Source: Rhina ancylostomus
Taxonomy: Eukaryota
DNA length: 64,000 nucleotides
Assembly (NCBI GenBank): GCA_030265395.1
Contig: JARFYF010000046.1
Span: forward strand, 14,684,082 to 14,748,081
Direction: 5' to 3'
Part shown: positions 26,966 to 40,410 of the stretch, one piece after another
Position numbering within the stretch: the first letter of the stretch is position 1
Layout: each line of letters opens with the position of its first letter
Program-made: the position numbers and the translations under genes
The notes under the pieces: generated by a model
What the model saw: the letters and a program-made list of their open reading frames with translations, nothing else
Told to the model about the DNA's origin: nothing
The model's database searches: none

Positions 26966-29059
26966 CTGGTGGCTGGCTCCTTCTTGTAATCTTACAATCT
27001 TTCAAAATAATTCTTACAATCTACATGGTGAAGACATTTCCACAATGCTGTTAAGTAGGAGTTCCAATATTTTTACACAGGGCATAACAAATATCTGTGT
27101 CGGAGTGTTGTGTGGCTTGGAGAGGTATCTTGTGCCTTTCTGGTCAACATCCCTGAATTTCTTAAGTAAAACTATCCTGGGAAAACTATCGCCATAAGTT
27201 TCAAGGAAAATTTCTGCCACTTTCTCACTACAAGAAGAGATGTTCAATAAATGCCACCACACTAATGTTTCCATATTCCAAGAGAAAACAAAGATAATGT
27301 GCAGTACAAAATCATTCCATGGTTACAGATGAAGAAGAACTTTCAGGAAGAAAACTAATCCTTCCATCGAGACCAAATTTATAGCTCCTCACTTTGCTCT
27401 ATCCAAATGTTCCATCACTAATTCCAGTTTTAGTTCTCCATTGCTAAATTGTTGACCACTACTTTGGTGAAGAATTTCATATCTTGTTAAATTTACCCAT
27501 CAACAACTTTGATTTCTTTTGTTAAGCCTAATGTTGCAGATCAACCTGAAATAGTGCTCCAGATTTATCTTTCCTGTACTAGTGTCTGTTCTGCACAATC
27601 AGTCATCTTTTGTCAAGATTCCAAATCCAATTTGTTCCTCAAAGTTAATGATTTGATGCTAGGGGATCAGCTTTGGAACATCACTGCCTCCCCAATGTCT
27701 TTATGATCAAAAATCACATAATTTTCAAGTGAGACTGTAAATAGGGCACTTTTATCATTTCGGAATGATACCTTCTGATCTGTTCCCTATTTATTTAGCT
27801 GCCACACTCACCATTAAATCTTCATTCTTTTTAGATACATCAAATATTCAATAGGTCAGTGTTGCCACATCTCCGTCACCTTTGGTTAGTTCATTCCCAC
27901 ACATGAGATAAAAGCCTGACCTTTATTCTAATGTACCATGATTTACACATATCTTTTTGAATTACATCACCGCTTAATATGGATGCATGCATTTTATTTA
28001 ATATAATTTGTTGTTCTTAGAGATTTGTCAGATCCAACTGCCACTCCCCCAGTTTGTTTCTGTATGGGAATTTAATTAATATATAATGAGATTATAAATT
28101 AAGGTTTAGTGATTTAAAATGAAAACAGCAAAGGTATTGCAACAAAAATATTGATGCACTTGATTCAGCACTTTTTTTCAATCTTACCCGTACATTAAAA
28201 GTCTATTATACCCAATACTGCAGGTTATTTTCTCATTCACCTCCCTTGAATCATAATCATTGTGAGTCAACAGTTTTCACCCAAAACTTTTCCAAAAGAG
28301 TTCGGAAAGCACAGCTGCACTTCTTTATATTTCTTCAAAAAATTCAATGAGCTTTGTAAACCAAGATGTACAATTTCCGTAGCTGTTATTTATTGTTATT
28401 ATATTGTGTTTTCCTCAAGATTACTCTTGGTAGACCTGTTTAATAAAAATGGTATTAGTATAATTCTAATAAAAGCTAATAAAATATATTTCACTGCCTT
28501 TTCTGTCTTCCTTATCAGAATCAAAACAAATTAAATATTTTGAGATGTTTGTAATAGGGAATTAGTTTTTAGTTAAATATACAAATTTTTGTTACAGATA
28601 ACTGCAGATGAGGGCGAATAAAGTTGGGAGGAATTACATAATAGAGCATTGTTGGGGAAAGGCTGTGGTACAGTTTAAACACTGCCCTCCATTATGAATC
28701 AACAATACATGAACTTTGCACCTGGACATCTCGAATTTGTGGCACAACAGATTCTACAAAGAAATGAAACATAAAGCTATAGAAACAGAAAAATGTTATT
28801 TTTTCTGTGTGCTGGATTGCAGCTTGGACAAAAAATAATCTGGTCAGAAATTTAGCTCCTAAAGTGACAACCTAGATGGTCCTGTTTTAACAGATGTTAA
28901 CTTTTGTGAAAATATGAAGATAATTGATAACAATGTGTAGGCTAATGTGTTGGAGACAGAGTTGGGTATATGACTCAAAACAATCATTGCCAGAAAACAA
29001 CGTTAATTATTTACTCATTAAAAAGAGCCTATTTAAAAAGTGGAGCATAGAGAAAACGA

Positions 29060-29385
29060 GATCATAGACATTCAATTCACAGGAGGAGGCCGTTCAGCCC
29101 ACGGTCTATATCCAGGCCAGAAACTCAGGTTTTGAGGTTACTACTTCTTACCGTCTCTCAATCCACAGATCTTCAGGTTACGGGTCCGCAAGTGCCCATC
29201 TCGGTATTTTTAAAACATTACGGGAGTTTCTTCCTCTGCAGTTTCCAGTTCCACTTTCAGGTTCTGATGAAGATTCTTTGACTTGACTCTGTTTCTTTTC
29301 CCACAGATGCTGCCTGACCTGCCGTGTTTCTAACATTTTCCGTTTATATTTCAGATTTCCAGCATCTGCAGTTTTGTTTTTTTTT
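29060..29385. mobile_element. CR1/SINE tail (minus) abutting a Penelope terminal repeat (+)
   Basis: caggaggaggccgttcagccc; ctgatgaag...cccacagatgctgcctgacctgccgtgtttctaacattttc...ttcagatttccagcatctgcag. Confidence 0.7.
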
Positions 29386-32300
29386 CATAACTTCACCGCA
29401 AAATGCAGCCCTTTAGAAATTGGGTTGATACTGGCCTGATTCACTTCACACCATTGCAACTGGCAGTCAGGGGAAGCAGTGGTTCAGCGTGCCATCCAGC
29501 AGCTTCTACATATCGAATTTAGTATGTTGGTTGAGTGAGTTGAAAGAAGGTGGGAGGAAGATCTAATAGTATAAACACCACGTTTAACCAGTAACACCTA
29601 AATAGTCTGTGCTATTAATAGCATGGAGCATATCATGAAATCTTCGTTTATACCCATCTGAATTAAGCTTTGAAACATACCTTTCGCACATTGTCTCTTA
29701 CTGGATATCTCAAGAACAGGTTTGTGTGAGTGTGTACATTTGATTCGGCTAACAAGTCTTGCGCTCGAATATTCCACTAGCCAGCGAGGAGGTGGGGTGC
29801 GCATGTGCTGGACATGGATGGATGGGAGGGGGCGGGGGAGTTGCATTCCAAACTTGGCATACGCAGAACAAGAACAAAACTGAGTTGTTCACAAATGATA
29901 TCGGCTATCTCCACTTCATTCTCTGCCTCCGCTGATACATATGCAGCGATTCTAATTCTCCCCATCGACTGACCTAACACTTTTCCTATCCAAAAGGTAA
30001 GTTCTATTTTCTTTGCGATGCATTGATTCTCAGTGAAAGGATCGGTCGAAGAGAAGGCTCATTTATTAAGCAATGAAACAATATCTTAACTACCCTTTGT
30101 TTGGGTGTTTCACATTTGAGCCTTGTTACTGGCTTTGGAACGTCTACACACGTATCACTAATTTCGTTTTGCTTGTTGTGAAGTAATGAGTAATAGAAAG
30201 TAAGAGAACGATTTTTATCAGACACCCCGACAGAATTTTTACTGTTGTACTCACCAAACTTTAGTCTTCCTATTATTGTATGTTTTCGAATTGAATTTTA
30301 CATCTGACAACTCGGATAGAACTTGAAGACTTCTGAATAGTTGTGAGTACTTTCTTTTGCCTGATAGAATGTTGCGACCCGTGATGCTATAGAAACGGCC
30401 ATTTCCAAATCAATGGCGAGCAGTTATTCCTCGAATTTTGCAAACTGTTGGTCTAGAGGCAATATAGAATTTACCACTGAAGTTCAAAATAATCCGAGGT
30501 CTCGCCGTCCATGCACAAAACGGGCAATTAACTGATTTTCTATGTAGTGGAAACTAGTTGGTAACGCTTGGAGAACAGGAACGAAAGACACTCAAGACGT
30601 CTCCGTTTGCAGGGATAGGGCTACAATGCCTTGATTTCAAACATAAAAACAGCAAGAATCTATATATATATTTTTAATTTAAAGAAAATATGTCACTCAG
30701 CTCAGCTAACGTGGAGTCATTAACGGAATGGGCTGGCTGGACCATTACACTTGTTGGTATAATTCTGGCTTCAAACGTCTTGCATAGCAACAAGACGGCC
30801 GCAGGCGCTGGCCTTAACATCCGATAGGTAATGGGTTACCTTTGCTAGAATCTTGCTATTAATTTAAGATTTAATTAAAAAATATCTACGCTCTCGGGTT
30901 TAATGTAGGAATCCTTCAGAGCGTAATCACTGTAGACCGAAATAAGAGAAATCGCAATACTTTAAGATGGAACTAACATTTAACACTGCAACCGAGGATC
31001 ACTGCATTCCACTCTCCCGCAAAGATATCTTGTTCTGCGTGCTCCGTGAAAAGGGTTTCACACTCAATAGTGTTGAACAAAAAAAAACTATTTTCGTTTT
31101 TAGATCATTTCTCATTTATTCAGGCTCAATTCTTGGCCATAGATCGCTGAAACAGAAGTAAAGGGATGGTTTATAGAACCATAGCAATCTTATTAATTTA
31201 AACTATGCCTTCCACGAGCATCATTTAAACTCTCGGGGGTCGAGTTCCCATTGTCTGTAAAAGGGAGAAAAGACAACTGTGTATGGAATGTGTATGAATT
31301 CGTGCTTGACTTATCTATTAAGTTGTTGTCGCTGATGGCTCTACTACATATAAATATAAGCAAATATTTGGACAACTCCGGAGTGCTGGAAATGCGCTGT
31401 ACGGATAACTTGTGCAGAGCAACATAAATTTTCAAATGTTGTGATAGAATTCGCAAAAAGTCTTTGCTGGGCTGTCTTGTTTTGTCATTCACCGAAGCTC
31501 TCAAACCACATGAGATTTAGTGTCTTTTAAGCAAAATAATCTTTGAACTAGTTAAATGTCTCGGGCTCTGTTGTGAAAGAAATATATTTTAAACATACAG
31601 TGGTGGGAAATAGCGTGGACCATTGGCGGAGGCAGCACATCGGTGTCGTTCGTATATTCGGCAAGTCTAATTCCCGGGTTAACGGCATTTTCCTAAAGTG
31701 ATCACGACTTCTTAGAACCTCCGAAGAAAAGGGACTTTCATTTAACAGGCCTCAGGAAATCCCAGATCGCTCCTATAATCAATAAAGTATCTTGTTGTGA
31801 AATGTGGCCACTGTTATAACGTGACAGGCACGACGATCCATTTTCACACAATGCCCATCAGGCGAATTATCCACGTTACTGTGCCTCCGCTGATTTACCA
31901 AATTTTGAAGAATTTTAGCCCTCGTTACGTTAACTTGGATGTCCAACCATTAATAATTGTTGGGATATTGCTGAATCGCCAGCTTGCTGAATTGCCATGC
32001 GTAGGAGGAAAGGTACCCTTGGGAGAGGAAGGAAATGCGATAGGTGGAGGCTTAAAGAACTATTATCACGTTGGCTGGTTTTATGTTGCTGCAATTTTGG
32101 TGACTAGCAATGTATGCGCTTACAACCAATAAACAGCAAAGAATTTCCCTTTAAAAATAAATAAATTGATTCGTTGTTTAAGAACCTCAGACTACAGAAT
32201 GCAGTCTGAAATGCAAAGATACACCAAAATCTGAACTATAATCGAGCGTTGAATAAACTTTTGAAAAGTAAGGTAAAATNNNNNNNNNNNNNNNNNNNNN

Positions 32301-34799
32301 NNNNNNNNNNNNNNNNNNNNNNNNNNNNNNNNNNNNNNNNNNNNNNNNNNNNNNNNNNNNNNNNNNNNNNNNNNNNNNNNNNNNNNNNNCTAAATCTCCT
32401 GAAAGACTGACCATTAAATGGTGTGACCATTCCCCACCCCCCAAAAAATCGACTAATATTTGCATATAGTTTAAAATGTTCTTAACGAAAGAGAACCCGT
32501 ATATCGGACATGTGTGCGGTGTTGACGAGTGTTAAGGATTCCTATCTTTAATTATGCTTCTAAAGGTGTGCATTCTCGCGTATACATGTTGGCTATGCTC
32601 GGTGCTTCTAGACTGCAATAACCCTCAGAGGATAAACCGCGAAAACAAGTTACTTCGAATTGAAAATGTGAGATGATTGTTGACTTTCAGTGTATAGTGA
32701 TTAACAAGTCCCAAGCTACGTCAACTTTAAAAGGCGTCCGCACAAAGTCGATAAACTGTCACAACTCACCAAAGTTTTGCGCATAATATCACAAAGAACA
32801 TTCGCTCAAGGACGCCATCAGATTAAACAACTTGAACGACGCAAGATATCCCGTGCTTTAACAGGAAGATGGCATTCAAAAGGTGTAATTAATTGGATGG
32901 AATTGAATGAATTTAAAAGTAGACTGATTTCACAGTAACCCTTCAAAGAATTATTATTATTTAACACATTTTGTCTTTTACTTGTTAACTGTTTCCGGTA
33001 AGGACAGGTATGTGTTTGCATCAGCATTTACGGTCACAAAGAACACAATAAAAATGAGCTCAGTCTGGAAAGGAACTGCAAATGTGAACAAGACAAAACT
33101 ATAGATGGTTCGAATATAGTCGCCGACTAAAAACTGGGGAGCGTATTCCACGCTGCGAATATTTCAGTTTCAGGTTTTATGATAAACACCAGTAACCATT
33201 TCAGCTCACAAAACAAATTAATTCTGCTTATACCTGTACGTATCAGCTTCGTGTTGCTTGATCATTAAAATTGTATTTTTTATCATTATGGATTGGGGAA
33301 AGATAGTCCTTTGAAAACATTCCTTTCTAAGAGTGGGAAAATCATCGATAGCAGTCAAATGTCAAAATGCAAGTTGTGTTTGATCACAAAACTGAAATGA
33401 ATACTGCGCTGTGAGGTTTAACAGGTTACGCTGAGTTATGCAAAGCATCCTTTCTCAGATTCCCCATAGAATGCAGCAATATATATATCGNNNNNNNNNN
33501 NNNNNNNNCGGAAAGTGTGTGATATATTTGTCTTTTGCGGGAACTGATTAACCTTGCCGGAGAGGACTTGCCTTTAGAACCGGTGTAATCGCTCCGTCAG
33601 TTTGAACCACAGTCTAGCAATGGCCTGGTTATTAGAAGGACCTCTGACATTAGTGACTGGCTTTCGTTTAAATACTTATATGGACAGAACAGCTAAAATT
33701 TGTTTTTGCTTCACCATCTTAACTCGGCGGTGAAGAAATGTAGCGGCATAGCCTTTCCGTAAAATGGAGCTAAAAGTCATGATTAATAACACACCACTTG
33801 GCGCCAACAACAGGCCGCGTTAAAGATACATGTCTTTAATCCTCCACTGAGAGAGAACAGAGATCGCCCAGGCTAAACGACATGCTCCTTCGGCTGATGT
33901 CTCCAACAGTTTTGCAGTACTTTTCATCTTTGCAGCATTTCCTGTTAACTCGTAAACTTTTGATTGATAGGAAACTGATTAACCTGCCCGGGGTTACACA
34001 TGTATTCTTGCTGTACAAGTGATCTATAAAAGCCAAGTAAGATTCCAGCAGGATGTTTGTTGCTTCCCTTGGTTGTTTCCTATATATAGAAAAACACACA
34101 GGATCGCACTTTCTAAAGTTGCAATGATATTCTGGAATTCAAATGATTTGATTGTTCTTCAGATCTTGAGGGACTAATAATCTCAGATCATTCCCAATTT
34201 GAAAAGCTCCATACTTTACTGAAGGTAATAAAGTCCCCTTATTCGGTGGTCGGCAATATTTAACAGTCTTTTTCCTATATTCATTGGTCGCACAGCGTTT
34301 TCCACTGGATACGCCCTTTTTTATACAGAAAACATCTAATTCATTTTGGAGACACACAGTGTTGCATCTGCAAAGGTTTGTTGCATCTCATTCATTTTCC
34401 TGCTTAACTGTTATATTCACTCCATGATATTGTTCCTTTTCTCTAAATCATCCTAGTCAGGCAAAGTTATCTCCTGGAGACGAGTTAATGTTAATAGAAT
34501 TCTGAAGTTTGGGGGTTACTATTGGAAACTACCCCCAAATTAATGGTGTTTTTCAATGACTTTGCCCCAATTCTCGAACTATAAAAATGCGCTCAGTGTC
34601 GTGAGAATTCGTTCCAGAAATTGACTCAGATAACATGTAAGTGTACCGTTATGAAAACCCTATACAAATGTTACATTATCTCTTTTCAGTAGTTACTCAT
34701 TGAATATCAATGTAATGTAAGTGCTATATTCATTCTTAGATTTTCCTTTTTATTCGTTTATGTTCTGTGGGGACACCTGGGTCGCGTTTAATGCTCGTT

Positions 34800-35420
34800 C
34801 TAGAGATCAGCCCTGAGAAGGAAGTATTGAGGTGTGTTTTTGAAGGGGAAAAGTCCCTGCAAGTATCAANNNNNNNNNNNNNNNNNNNNNGAGCTTTGAC
34901 CCAAGAGTGATACGATATATTTCCCTGGCTGGGGTAATGTGTGACATGGAAGGACACTTGGAAATGGCGGTGTTCCCGTGTACTAGTTTCCTTCTAGGTT
35001 TTGGAGATGGTTCGGATTTGAGGAACTGTCAAGTAAGTCTGATCAGGATTTTATATATTGCGAACACCATATGCTCCTCATGATGGAATTGTAGTGAACG
35101 GTGTACCAATCACGCATTTGGTTGAATCTGGATGTTCTTGAACTTCTTGAATGCCATTGGAGTTGCAAGTGGCGAGTGTTCCCTGGAGATGGAAGGAAGG
35201 CTTCGGAGAGTTTGCAGCTGAACCACTTGCAGGCTGAGTTACGTGTTTGGTTACTATTGATCCCCGGGATATTGATGCGGCGACTCAAAGAGGACACTGT
35301 CATTGGAAATCATGTAGTGATGTTAGATTCTCGCTCTTCCGTTGGAACTGGCTCTTCACCAACGCTTACTATGTTGTTCGCGCCGTTGAGTTTACACCTG
35401 TCACGAGCAACTTGGATTAT
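34800..35420 (-). mobile_element. Ancient LINE remnant (same family as 4725 and 57645) inside the CpG domain
   Basis: tttgacccaag...atattttcc...ggaaggacacttggaaatggcggtgttcccgtg...ccttctagg parallels 4870-5030 and 57770-57960. Confidence 0.55.
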
Positions 35421-38400
35421 CTGCATCGAATTAACAAAATCAATGTAACTTTTCTGTATTTTAAATACATTTCTATTATTTACACATTCTCTGCTTATAT
35501 GCCATTATAAATGAGCACATTTTACATGAACCGACTTCTGTCATAGCTACCCTGTGTAATATTTTATATTTAAACATTTAAGAACTGCAATAAAATTTAT
35601 CGAAAACACGGCAAAATAAGTAAGTAACGTTTTGATACGCATGAAGAATTTACTCCGGAAAGTCATAGTAAAAAGATCTTAACTCCTTTAAAATAAATTA
35701 ATTTGCGATAGCATTTCGAGGCTTGATTCGTAACACATCACGTGATAAAATTTATAGATTTGACCTGACGGCATAGAATGCATCATTTATTCTAAAGATA
35801 AATTCAGTTTCTTTAAAATAAACAGAGCTTCAAGTTTGCATAAGCATTTACGCGCTAACCTCTAAGAGGTTTACCGCATATAGAGAGTTAAATGCAGTGC
35901 CCTGTTTGAGATGTGTAGGCAAGGATTCTAATTAAGAATGTGGAGAGCAAGACTGGTTGAATGAAACTCTTGTTAATCTCCAACAACCACTAATATACGA
36001 ATCAAATCGTTTAGTGTGTTAGATCACTGCCGCAAGTGATAAAATAGAATATAGTCTAATTTACAGTTGCCAATTTAAAGAGTTTTAAATAACTTTATTT
36101 AGAAACGTGTAAGTTTAAACAATAACGAGCCCCTGAAAACACATTAAAGCTAACGTTGAAATCCATACTCGTTGAATTCGGTTCCTTTCCTGCATGCATT
36201 GTTGTGAATTGGGATAATTGGATTAAATAGCATTAATAAAAACTTCTGACATCGAAAGAAATTCTGCTATTCAAATTCACGCGAGAGATGTCTTTCAGAT
36301 CCAAACTCCACCTCTCATTGACCTGTATCATTGTGACAAGTGTTCTGAGAGTCAATGATGCAAAAATACAATTGGTAGCTTTGCATTATTCATCATGGCG
36401 AGGCCCTTAAAGAATACAATCACTGAAATATATAATAATGATTCAATATCTTGAGACGACTGCACTACATAGAATCTGTAATTATTTATTCGGGCCGATT
36501 CGTAACATAAAATGAAAATCTTTTCTAATCCATTCTAGGTTGCACCCAATTTCAAGGCAATATTTCTATAACGTGTTGTTTCAAACCAAAGTCAAGTAAT
36601 AGTTGTATAGGTGAGGGAAATCTATGGTAAAAGCCTTCTGAGAATATACGGAATTATCCAGTAACAATTACTGGCACACCCTTATTTCTATATCACCTTT
36701 CTCCATCTGTAAAACTTCTACAAAGACTATACGAGCTGCGCAGACTTACAACTGGAAATGAGCCTGAGCACGTATTGAATTGAATTGGGAGCTTGCCCGT
36801 TGTTGTACCTAATAACCAGACAAATTCCCATGATGCTGTTTGCAGCCAAAACAACGGGGTAGTAAAACAGGACCCCGCCTGTTTCTGAAAACTGAAGAAA
36901 ACAATTGTATGCGGTTAAAAGATGGCTGCAATGATATTTTATTTTGCAAAGTCTTGCAACTACAGATTTAATTTAATTCATTCCTTCGTACTTTAAACGG
37001 CAGATTTTATTTAATATTTCTGCGTGATCAAATGAATCATGGTATGTAGCAAGCAGATTTTGCTACATCACATTATTCGAGAATTAAATTGTATCTATGT
37101 TGTTTGAGCAACAAAATGTGTGATTTTACCATACAATGTGCAGAGGTCTATTATCTTATTTTAAAAGGCGAATGCAGAAATGCCTTTCTCACGTACATTA
37201 AGCGACTGTGCCTTTTAAATGATGATTAACTAGATGCAGCTAAAATACATTCTTTGTTAAAATTTAACCCCAACCATTACGCTTATTTAAACAAGAAACA
37301 GACATCTATATTTTAGAACGCGTTATAAATAACTTTTAGCAAACATTGCACACGGTTTGCACTCACCACAAGTACTTGCCAATCATGACTGCCAATATCG
37401 TTTCCTAAATACAAAACCTTTAGATCACTGGTGTTCTTAACAATCCTAAATCCGTTCCACTTAAAATAACCTTCACAGTTGTTTAATTGGCATTGCATAT
37501 GCATTATTAGGTGTGCCAGCAGCACAACGTCACCAGAAAGTCTTAATTTTTTTTTGCAATTTGCCAATGAAAGCAACTAACAATTTTACCTCAATTTATG
37601 TTAGCCACGTTAGTGGATAAGACTTTAAAATAACCACTAGCAATAATTGCTTCCCAGGCTCTATCTTTTGATACTGTGAATCAGCAGGTTATCAGTTACT
37701 ATATATAGCACAGTACTTGTCACCGAAATGTCTGTACATTCATTTGACAAGATTTCAGTTAATAATACAATTCCAGCAGTCGAGTGCCGAGTTAAATTCT
37801 GGACAAAAATCTGTGTCACAAAAATGTTTAACTTATTCTAACACCTAATCATCGCAGACCTTAAAAAAAACCTTCAACATTTGCCGTTTTGGGTNNNNNN
37901 NNNNCCTTCCTGTCCCATTGAACATTGCCTGTTTTACACGATTTTCATTGCAATTGACGGGAATGATCTTGATTCAGGTTAACACTCAACTGTAGTTGCA
38001 GTCAACCAACACAAAAAGCCCATTTGGGTGTTGGTGACGTTGGCGACTTCTATAGGTGAATGGCTGATGATTCCGCCGATATTCTCGCGGCATTCTTCAT
38101 CTATTTGCGAATGGCTAGTAAAATTTCTAATATTAAATTCAGTCAAGTCTCTGAAGTGGTTTAATACGAAAGTAGCTGGGCGTTGTGGTGACTCTGGGCC
38201 GAGGTATTCTTGGCGCTGAATGAACCTTTTTTTAAACATAGGAAACAAAAGCCTGCAAGTATGATCCCAACCTAAAGGAAAGCTGTTGCTTTATTTCAGT
38301 GATTGCGGAAACATTACACAACCTCGGTAGGTACAACATATCTTGGTTACAAAACTTCTGATGTGATAATGTATTACATCGGAGCTGGCTGAAATGTATT

Positions 38401-39499
38401 ATTCAACGTACGTTGAGTGTTGCCACTGTTCTTACTATATAATTTGCAGATACATTATGACTAGTTTCAAATCCACATATGGCAATAAGTTATTTGTATT
38501 ATTTTGTAAAGACACAATAATCAGCTGGAGATAGTGAAATCTGACTTCATATAAATCATTTACCAAACATTCCGGCAACGTTTCCAAAGCCCACCCAGCC
38601 TAAACAATATAAAAACATTCAATATTTGAACGAAATGTTCGCCATCGTCCAAAATGGTATTCCCATCGCCCTGTCATTAAACATATTAATTCTATATCAT
38701 AAAGATCTGAAAAGTCAGTTTAAATAGCGCTGTCAAAATATTGGGAAGGAAAATGGAAAATATTATTCGTCTCATGCGCATTTCTCCGTTAGGTATAATG
38801 CGGCGAGGTGTAGATAATATGTATCGATTGTAGATTATATAAATATATATATATATAATATATATTATATATCATCTACAGTATATATATGTATATTAGG
38901 CTGTACATAGTGGAAGTAACGGTGATTTGGGCCAGAGATCTGTTTAATTTCAAATTAGTGGTGAATTCTGTGCTATTGTATGGCCCGAAATATATTGCAG
39001 TTTTGCCTATAGTGAGCTTCGCAGTCATGGCTACTCGACATTGCTAACTGTGTAATGCGTGCTGCAGCGACACTGAGATACCCTTTGGTACGATTTTCCC
39101 CCATCGAAAGTTTAGATTTGGAAAACTCTGCTTGTAAATACATCTTGCAAAGCTATACGAAGTGCATTAGCAGAAACTTTATTAATCTGCATTTTACTCA
39201 AAGAGCCACAGAGGGGTGCATATTTCACTGAAATGTAACATGTATTTGTGCTGCATACAAGATCATTAAGAGACATGAGAATACTGATATACGATCCTTT
39301 CCTTATCAAAAATACAGTTCCCACACTGGCTCATTTCAGAGTGTAGAATGCGAGAGCATGGCGTTTAGCAGACACCACCCATGCAACGACACTCGAAAAA
39401 TATTTTTTTAAATAAGTTGAAATAAGCATTGCAAGTTTAAATGGCTATTGCTTGTTTCACTCAATATGAAAGCTCTGTGAATTTGAATTTATTGTCGCA

Positions 39500-40410
39500 A
39501 TACTAATTTACAGAGTACCGTAAATGCCGACTTAATCTCCTAGGATTTAAATCCCAGATTGAAAAAATAAACTACACACAATTCTTCCCCTCCTCTGACA
39601 AATACAAAGAGAAAATGCAAAAGTACTCAGTACTGTATCACAATACTTGCTTCTTCAGACAGGCTTGTTACTTTCTTGATTTCTGCTTCTCCCATCTGGA
39701 TAACGTCATGGTGAACTCCGAAGTTATCTACAGCCTAAAAGGGGAATCGGATCTGCATTTCACAGTACTCAGTGGATTTTTTTTCCCGGAGAGATCTTTA
39801 GGTCCAGTCTGTGGTGAAAGGTTTCTTGGTTTTCATTTTTTTTTGTGCGTCTGGTGTGGGTGGAGGAGCGTGTGGGTGTGTGTGAGTGGGGTGGGGGTGC
39901 CTTTTGGTCAAAAAGAGGACCAAGATGGATGGTGAGGTGCTCAAGTTTCATCGCGTCTTTGTGCTGTGCTTGAGCTGCCAGGATGCTGGGGGGTCTGGGA
40001 TGAGTCGCTCTGTGTGGATCAGCGCTGGTTGGACAGGCGCTCAGCACTTCGAGCGCACGAAAGGCTCCTCACGTCACTCCAGTCAGCGCGCTCCTCTGGA
40101 TGTGCACGCATTTCCTATATTACACGCACAGCACCCACCAAATCTACCTTATGGGGGAACTGCTTTCCCACTAGTGCTCTGCACGCCAAGTTTCTTGTGC
40201 CTAGATACCCCAAACACTACGACAAGGCCTTATCTTTTTTTCTCAAGTTCCCTCTTGCGCGAACGGCAACCTGGAAGTGTTTGGAGAAGTGCAATACCTC
40301 TGGCGATCTATGGATTATTCAGCCTGGGATGTGTTCTGTGCCTAACCAGGGAAGACAGCGATTGAGAAGGATTGTATCAATACATGTTCATTGTGGATAG
40401 ATCTGAAGGT
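39500..40410 (+). promoter_or_regulatory. Candidate proximal promoter / non-coding first exon of tbx5
   Basis: Locally GC/CpG-rich block 2.5-3.3 kb upstream of the ATG, with GT-rich boxes (39855-39900), a CRE-like CACGTCA near 40070 and a possible donor GAAG|GTACAT at 40409. TBX5 genes have non-coding first exons. Confidence 0.4.

Noticed and set aside
37044-37068. 9-bp inverted repeat ATGTAGCAA/TTGCTACAT
   Set aside because: Too short to distinguish from chance in 64 kb.
38810-38900. TA-rich stretch as a TATA promoter
   Set aside because: Degenerate (TA)n low-complexity sequence.
39886-40400. Overlapping 159-aa and 144-aa ORFs
   Set aside because: No recognisable homology; long open frames are expected in GC-rich promoter/5' UTR DNA.
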